A DNA stretch of 64,000 nt from a virus. Taxonomy: Duplodnaviria; Caudoviricetes. Location: positions 1 through 64,000 of the IMG/VR virus record IMGVR_UViG_3300028833_000092; one strand, 5' to 3'. The notes under the pieces are model-generated. The model searched no databases and was not told the DNA's origin. It saw only the letters and a list, made by a program, of their open reading frames with translations. Of the stretch, positions 57,543 through 64,000 are shown piece by piece. Each line of letters opens with the position of its first letter. The stretch's first letter is position 1. Both the position numbers and the translations under genes were made by a program.

Positions 57543-60500
57543 TCAAAAATTGGAGTCGCTTTATCATTAGCAACTACGTCTACAACTAATTTTGAACCAA
57601 TCTTACTGCCAAGTTCAGCTATATTTTCACTAGCATTTAATTCGGGTTTATATCCATATCCAAAACTTATGTCTAAACCGTCTTTAATTATATCAGGAAG
57701 TGTTCCTAAAAAACTTAATAAATTTTTATTCGATTTAGTATTATTATCTGTAGATTCTATATTTTCGCTTACAGATTTAGTATTATCTTGTGTTGATTTT
57801 GTATTTTTTTCTTCTGCTCTACGTTGTTGTTCTCTATCATATGCTTCTTGAATTGCTTTTTCTCTGGCTTTTTGACTATCTTCACGTAAAGGTGTTGTAC
57901 CATTTGTTTCACGGTCACTATAAAAATTATTTAAAGCAGAAGTCATGTCATTGATAGATTTTTCATTCTTTTCTAATGCGTCAAAATATTCGTCATCATC
58001 AGCATATTCATCTTCACGGATATCATAACCTGTATGTCCAGTCATTTTAGCAATTGCTTGAACCATTTTTTGGGCTTGTTTATATCCTTCAGTTACATTG
58101 CCTTCTTCATCATATTTTTGAGCATCTTCTATCTGACCTAATATTTTTCCAGTATTAACGTCTACGACTTGAAGAACTTTTTTGCCATTTTCTTCTTCAA
58201 AATCAAATCCGCCACCACCTTCTCCACCGAATCCATCTTGTATTGCTTTAAGTATTTCATCGTATGCAGCTTGAGCGATACTGATATTATTTTCATCTAT
58301 GTTTCTTTCAAGATTTACATAATCGTTCTTGAAATTTTCATAAATATTAGGATCAAGATTAAGAATTTTATCAATCCAACCATTACCTAGAACATCTTCG
58401 GCAAGTTGTGCATCTTTCATATCATCCCAGATATCAGCTATTTCTTGCCATTTTTCTTTATACTCTTCTAATGAATCAATAAGTTCTTGAATCGCAGATT
58501 TTTGCTTTTCTAATTCACTTACTTTCTTTTCAAGTATAGCATTATTAATTTCAGATTGGGCATCTCTAATTGCTTGAGGATCGTTAAGATATTGCAGTTG
58601 TCCATTTTTATAAACTAAACGACTTCTTTGCGATCTTGCTCTTTCTAATTCATATAATTTCTTTTGTAAATCTATTGCATCTTGACGTTCTTTATTTGCA
58701 TCTTGAAGTAATTCAATTTGCTTATCAATTTCTTCTTGTTCTTTTTGATAAACTTTAACTTGCTTATCAATTGTTTTAGTAACTGCTTTTATTACTCTGT
58801 CGTAAATTGCTAATTGTGCTTGATACATAGCACCAATTTCTTCATAATAATCTTTTGCAGTAATTAATCCATCAGCATAATATTTTTCAATTAAATCTCT
58901 ACGCTTATGAATATAACTTTCGAAATCAATATAACTCATTTCGAGTTTACTATCGAGAATTTTTATTTCAGCGTCAAGTAATTCTTTATATTTTTCTTTA
59001 TTATCATTGCCAGAACCACCAGATACAAAACCACCAAATCCAGTTTTGAAACTTTTTACAGTTTTATTCCAAACTGTATTATACTTTTTAACAACGCCCT
59101 TGATGTCAGATACATTGACACCCTTTTCCATTGCATTAATAATCGCTGCTTGAGTGTTTTGTCCAAGAGCACCAGTGTTTTCTACAATTTTTGCCGTAGC
59201 ATTACTTGTACTTTCTGCAACCTTATTTTCTGCAAGAGCGTTTATTTCTGCTGCGGCGGCACTGTCTAACTGCGCTCTATAAGATAATAATTGTTCTGCA
59301 ATTTTTTCTTTATATTTCTTTGTGTTAACAACTAACTGTCCATTTTCAACAGACAACATTTCAATATAATTCTCTTCACCAGATAATAAAGTCTGTAATT
59401 GATCAAGCGTTAACGCTTTACCACTATTAACTGATTTAACAATTTCTCCTAATGAAGAAAATGAAGATTGAAGTCTATCTATTTCAGAATTCATATTCTG
59501 GAATTCAGAAACAGCTTTTTTCTCTGTTGCAATAGTATCAATTAAACCTTCTAAGAATGGCTTAAATGTTTCTTGAACTTCTGGACTCATAGAATCAAAA
59601 TCAAATGCATCAAGCATTTTTTCTTTTTCTACATTTGCAATTATATCTATTTGTTCAGATAATTCTTGGGCAGTTAATTTACCATCTGATAATACTTTTT
59701 CCCACGGAATACTAGCCCCTAATTCTTTACTTGCTTTATTTAATTCTATTAATGAATTAAGTAATTCGTCTGAAGTAATATTAGGATTGAGCAATTTTTG
59801 ATATGCATCATAAGCAGAATTTAAACTGGAAGTTAATTCAGATACTTTCTTTTCTGCTCCAGTAATAACATCTGAAATTTCTACATAATCTTGCTCTTTT
59901 AATTTATCAAGTTTTCTCTGAAGTTGATCTACTGAATATAATACATTCGGGTCTAATTCCCCAATTATTTTATTAAGTAAATTCAAATCTCCCTGATCTA
60001 ATTTACTTATAAAACTCTTATACTCCTGTTCAATTTCATCTATAAAATCATTACCTTGATTATTGCCAATAAGTCTAGATGCTATTTCATTTATATCTGC
60101 ATTTCTACTTATAAAACCATTTTGAGCAAAAATATCCGAAACAGTTCCGGGAGATAAATTATAAACACTATATAATATATCTAATTGATCTTTAAATTTA
60201 CTATTAAATTCTGTAGTTGAGAAATTTTTATTTTTAGAATCTTTAACTATTCTTTCTATAATAGAATCAGAAAGTCCACCATTAAGTATTTCTTGAACTA
60301 AATCATATCTCCCAATACCTTTATTTGATTTAGGAATTGAATCTAATATATAATTCTTTATACTTTCTGGTAATTCAGAAGCATAAATATCTTGTATTGT
60401 TTTAAAGTATTCATCTTCAAATTCATCTGATTCTTCATATTTTTTATAAGTATCTAATAATTTTTCTCTAAATTCTACAGCTTTTTCGCTTTCAAGTAAT

Positions 60501-63500
60501 TGAATTTCGAGATATTGGTTACGAATATCTCCAATTTCATTAATACTAGATTTAGCGTCAGCTATAAATTGATAAATTTTATCTTTATCTTTTTCTTCAA
60601 AATTAAAATTCGAATTATCAAACAATTCAGAAATTGTTTCTAATTCTTCTAATGATTTATAAATATCACCAGAAATTTCGAATTTTCCATTATTTATAGA
60701 TATATTACTAAATTTTTTATTTATATAACTTTCAAATTCTTTATCAAAACTAGAATAAAATGATTTACTAAAATTCTCAGCAATTTTATTAGCATATGCA
60801 ATACTATCTCTCGAACCAAGTTCAGTTCTTTGATAAAATGCATAATCATAAGTGTCTTGAACTTTTCTCGCTGCGTTATTAAATCCATTTTCTTGTAAAT
60901 ATGTTCCATCTAAAGCATTTAAGATGGCTTGATCTAATGCGGCTCCACCAGCTAAAACATAATCATACCATTTATTTTCTCTTTTTGCATTTGAATAAAA
61001 ATCACTTTTAAGTTTTTTAGAATTTTTTAAATTTTCAATTTCTTCAAGAGTTTCTTTTTGTTCTTTATAACTTGCATTTACTAAATCTATTTCTCTTGCT
61101 TCGTCACCATAAGTATCTATTAATTCTTTTTGAATATCAATTAATTCAAGTTTAGAAGAATTAATTTCCTCAGTGGTTGAATTTTCGTCATTTAAAACAT
61201 TATATAATTTTTCAATTTTATTTTTATATTCATCGACTGCTTTTTGTTGTTCTTTAAATGTATTTACAGCGTCTTTACCAGTCTGAATCATTAAATCGTT
61301 ATATTCATGAACTGCTTTGTATATTTCTGTAATAGCAAATACAACCGCGGCAATAATAGCAGAGGATGCTAATGATTTTAATGTTATTTCTAATCTCGAA
61401 GCACTAGTTCTAAATTGTTCTAATGATTCTTTTCCAGAATTTAATGTACGTATATAATTATTTGTTGCATTTTCAGCACTACCAAGTGATTCAACAAAAC
61501 TATTTCTATCATCTGATTTCAGATAATCTTTAACAACATTAAATTCCACATCTTTTAATTCTTCTGTCGAATTTAAAAATGCTTTAACACCATTTAAATC
61601 ATATTGTTTTTGAGAAAAACTTCTTAATGTTTTAAAAAGACTAGGAATTCCAGTTATAATTGTGGAAACGTCTGTGCCTTTTATTAATGCGGTTAATCCA
61701 GTTATAATAGATAACAATGCCGGGGCATCAAGTTTGTCTACAAAATCAACGAGATTAGATGTAAGATCAACTAAATCTTTTAAAGTATTACTATCTAATA
61801 TATCTTGTACTAAATGCTTTATTTTATTTTGAAGAATTGTTACCTTTTTTTCTATTGAGTTTAAAGATGTATCAAGAGCAGTTTGTCCTGCACCTTCTGA
61901 ATTAAATAATGCATCGTTATATGCAGACTCAAGTATATCTCCATTTTGCAAAATAGCGGCAGCGGATGATGCACGAACTTTACCAGCAATAACTTCAAGT
62001 AATGCGGCTCTATTTACGTCACTGATTTCATCCCATACTTTACTTATATCCTTAAGTATTTCATAGGTGCTTTTATATTCTCCATTCATCTTATTGATGA
62101 TTGAAACACCTTCTGGATTACTTTGAGTTTTAGTTAAATTTTTAACTGTCGAATATAATTTAGAAGCACTCTCAATAAGTCCTTCAGTATCTTCCCCTGC
62201 TTTTTCTAACTCACTTGCTTTAGTACCCCTAAGACGCATACTTAATACTTTAATAGCATTAGCAACTGCATCTGAATCTTGAAGTATAGTATTACCAGCA
62301 ATTTCCATTGCTTGTGCTTGCTCAATTGTATTTCCGGCAGCAACTAAAGCGGCAGATGATTTCTCCAAAGATGTCGCAAGTTCTTCTGATGTAATAGCAT
62401 AATTATTACCAAGATAAATAAATTGGTCAACCATCTTTGATGTATCTTCAATAGAAATATCAAATGCTTGAAGTGATGAAGTAATTGCTTCTGTAGCGGT
62501 ACTTACTTCCATTAAACCACCAGTTGCCAATTTAGCAGATTGTTCTGCGAGAGTCATAGATTCGTCAATGGACTTACCTAATCTCCTCCAGTCGGTAATT
62601 GAAGAAACAATAGATACTGTAGAAGTACCTAAATTTTTAGCCAATTCATATGCTCTTTGAGAAACGTTTTCAATTTCTGTAGAAGTAGCACCACTAACAA
62701 TTTTTAATTGAGTTAATGCAGAATCTAATTCTGTCACTACTTGAACCATTTCTCTTCCATAACGAATTAAATCATAAAAAGATAAATATCTTACAATTGC
62801 TTGAGCAAAAGCATCTCTGATTTTTTCTCCCATTTTAACAAAAACGCTTTTACCATAATATCCAGCTTGATGTAAGTTGTAATTTAATTCTTGAAATTTA
62901 GAATTTAATTGATCTAATTCTTTTTGAGGTGCTTTTGAATTAAGTAAAGTAGCATATTCTTCATTTAATTCTTCAAATTGTTCTTTTAATTTTTTTGACA
63001 TTCCAGAAGAATCATAAAGAGTTTTCTGGATTTTTGTCATTTGATATTTTATAATTTTAGGATCGGCAATTTTATAATACTTTGAATCCTCAACGGCTTT
63101 TTCAAATTCTTTATTAAAATCACCAAAAGTTTCTCCAGATAAATCATCTAATGATTTTAATTTAACAATTAATTCATCTATAGTCTTAATAAATGATTCA
63201 CTGTAATCTTTTGAATTTTTAAATTTATTTAAAGAATTTAAATAAAAATTTTTTACCAATTCCTCAGAAGAATTTGTAAAAGTATTATATGCTTCAAGAT
63301 ATCTTTCATTTGTTTTATCGCCACTGAATTTACCATATTGATTTATTGCTTTATTACGTTCTTCAGTTATCTCTTGCAAAGTAGCAAATTCTTTAGCGTC
63401 AATTTCTTGTCCTTTTGCTTTTAAAGAATAATATGTTTGTATTTTTTTTATTAATTCATAATAATTATTTATTGCTCTTTCTGTTTGATTATTTAATTTT

Positions 63501-64000
63501 TCTTGTTCTAAAGCAAGTTTATCTGTTTTTTCAATTTTAGAATCAGTAACACCATCAATATTTTTATCTTTAGACTGTATATCTTTTTCTTCGATTAAAT
63601 TTTTAGTGTCTTTTATTTTTTTATTTGAAATTGATAAAACTTTAGATAAATCTTTTAACCCTTTAGAATTTGATAAATTAGTTAAATCTTTTATAAAATC
63701 ATTTGGTGCATTTTCAAAGGATTTTATAAAAGAAGACATTGATTTAGATAAATCTTTTAATTTACCAGAAAGATCGTCTTTAATGTTGAAATTTTTAAGA
63801 ATCTTTAATGAATCTATATGATTATCAAGTTCTTTTATTAAATCAATGAACAATTGCATATTTGTTGCAACTGTTTTCGTAAATTTTATATTAATATCTA
63901 TTGGATTTTGAGTAATACTTTCTATAGTTGAATTTAATAATTCATATTTATCAATAATATCTTTAATTGTTTTAGATATTTTTTTAAGACTATTAACTTC
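57506..64000 (-). CDS. tape measure protein (TP901-like core), 5' end outside window
   Basis: Frame open to the window edge; ELDSALTQLKIV, LGNNYA, IAGK..AA; long helical protein. Confidence 0.88.
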   Translation of the reverse strand, partial: EVNSLKKISKTIKDIIDKYELLNSTIESITQNPIDINIKFTKTVATNMQLFIDLIKELDNHIDSLKILKNFNIKDDLSGKLKDLSKSMSSFIKSFENAPNDFIKDLTNLSNSKGLKDLSKVLSISNKKIKDTKNLIEEKDIQSKDKNIDGVTDSKIEKTDKLALEQEKLNNQTERAINNYYELIKKIQTYYSLKAKGQEIDAKEFATLQEITEERNKAINQYGKFSGDKTNERYLEAYNTFTNSSEELVKNFYLNSLNKFKNSKDYSESFIKTIDELIVKLKSLDDLSGETFGDFNKEFEKAVEDSKYYKIADPKIIKYQMTKIQKTLYDSSGMSKKLKEQFEELNEEYATLLNSKAPQKELDQLNSKFQELNYNLHQAGYYGKSVFVKMGEKIRDAFAQAIVRYLSFYDLIRYGREMVQVVTELDSALTQLKIVSGATSTEIENVSQRAYELAKNLGTSTVSIVSSITDWRRLGKSIDESMTLAEQSAKLATGGLMEVSTATEAITSSLQAFDISIEDTSKMVDQFIYLGNNYAITSEELATSLEKSSAALVAAGNTIEQAQAMEIAGNTILQDSDAVANAIKVLSMRLRGTKASELEKAGEDTEGLIESASKLYSTVKNLTKTQSNPEGVSIINKMNGEYKSTYEILKDISKVWDEISDVNRAALLEVIAGKVRASSAAAILQNGDILESAYNDALFNSEGAGQTALDTSLNSIEKKVTILQNKIKHLVQDILDSNTLKDLVDLTSNLVDFVDKLDAPALLSIITGLTALIKGTDVSTIITGIPSLFKTLRSFSQKQYDLNGVKAFLNSTEELKDVEFNVVKDYLKSDDRNSFVESLGSAENATNNYIRTLNSGKESLEQFRTSASRLEITLKSLASSAIIAAVVFAITEIYKAVHEYNDLMIQTGKDAVNTFKEQQKAVDEYKNKIEKLYNVLNDENSTTEEINSSKLELIDIQKELIDTYGDEAREIDLVNASYKEQKETLEEIENLKNSKKLKSDFYSNAKRENKWYDYVLAGGAALDQAILNALDGTYLQENGFNNAARKVQDTYDYAFYQRTELGSRDSIAYANKIAENFSKSFYSSFDKEFESYINKKFSNISINNGKFEISGDIYKSLEELETISELFDNSNFNFEEKDKDKIYQFIADAKSSINEIGDIRNQYLEIQLLESEKAVEFREKLLDTYKKYEESDEFEDEYFKTIQDIYASELPESIKNYILDSIPKSNKGIGRYDLVQEILNGGLSDSIIERIVKDSKNKNFSTTEFNSKFKDQLDILYSVYNLSPGTVSDIFAQNGFISRNADINEIASRLIGNNQGNDFIDEIEQEYKSFISKLDQGDLNLLNKIIGELDPNVLYSVDQLQRKLDKLKEQDYVEISDVITGAEKKVSELTSSLNSAYDAYQKLLNPNITSDELLNSLIELNKASKELGASIPWEKVLSDGKLTAQELSEQIDIIANVEKEKMLDAFDFDSMSPEVQETFKPFLEGLIDTIATEKKAVSEFQNMNSEIDRLQSSFSSLGEIVKSVNSGKALTLDQLQTLLSGEENYIEMLSVENGQLVVNTKKYKEKIAEQLLSYRAQLDSAAAAEINALAENKVAESTSNATAKIVENTGALGQNTQAAIINAMEKGVNVSDIKGVVKKYNTVWNKTVKSFKTGFGGFVSGGSGNDNKEKYKELLDAEIKILDSKLEMSYIDFESYIHKRRDLIEKYYADGLITAKDYYEEIGAMYQAQLAIYDRVIKAVTKTIDKQVKVYQKEQEEIDKQIELLQDANKERQDAIDLQKKLYELERARSQRSRLVYKNGQLQYLNDPQAIRDAQSEINNAILEKKVSELEKQKSAIQELIDSLEEYKEKWQEIADIWDDMKDAQLAEDVLGNGWIDKILNLDPNIYENFKNDYVNLERNIDENNISIAQAAYDEILKAIQDGFGGEGGGGFDFEEENGKKVLQVVDVNTGKILGQIEDAQKYDEEGNVTEGYKQAQKMVQAIAKMTGHTGYDIREDEYADDDEYFDALEKNEKSINDMTSALNNFYSDRETNGTTPLREDSQKAREKAIQEAYDREQQRRAEEKNTKSTQDNTKSVSENIESTDNNTKSNKNLLSFLGTLPDIIKDGLDISFGYGYKPELNASENIAELGSKIGSKLVVDVVANDKATPIFDWIIVFLCQAKK

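Noticed and set aside
3030-63821. Numerous short antisense or off-frame ORFs nested in long genes (e.g. 5657-5962, 10202-10567, 17170-17538, 55430-55669)
   Set aside because: Shadow ORFs of well-supported genes, with no RBS or recognisable motifs

Overview
AT-rich segment of a large Firmicutes (Clostridia-type) siphovirus or prophage with an SPbeta-like layout. The + strand (1-34.4 kb) carries early, replication and nucleotide-metabolism genes: tyrosine recombinase, nicotinamidase, SSB-like protein, AAA ATPase, DnaB-like helicase, primase, PD-(D/E)XK nuclease, DnaE, guanylate kinase, an nrdD split by four group I introns (each with a homing endonuclease), dUTPase, RNA ligase and seven tRNAs. 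The - strand (34.5-64 kb) carries lysis, tail fibre, tail and tape measure genes. The two arms meet at a bidirectional terminator. Three things stand out. (1) Three covarying 7-bp-stem RNA units with an invariant TACAGCAA, interleaved with tRNA-Asn, directly upstream of a DUF2828 (helical + vWA, Ro60-like architecture) gene; one unit displays an Asn anticodon-loop mimic. (2) An operon joining a ~29% tyrosine protein, an anticodon-less tRNA-like RNA, a radical SAM/SPASM enzyme, a degenerate UPF0489-like protein and a GT8 glycosyltransferase. (3) Two related tRNA-like RNAs with 6-bp T-stems and no usable anticodon. Several single-base frame breaks may be assembly errors. All family assignments come from motif recognition by eye, not database searches.
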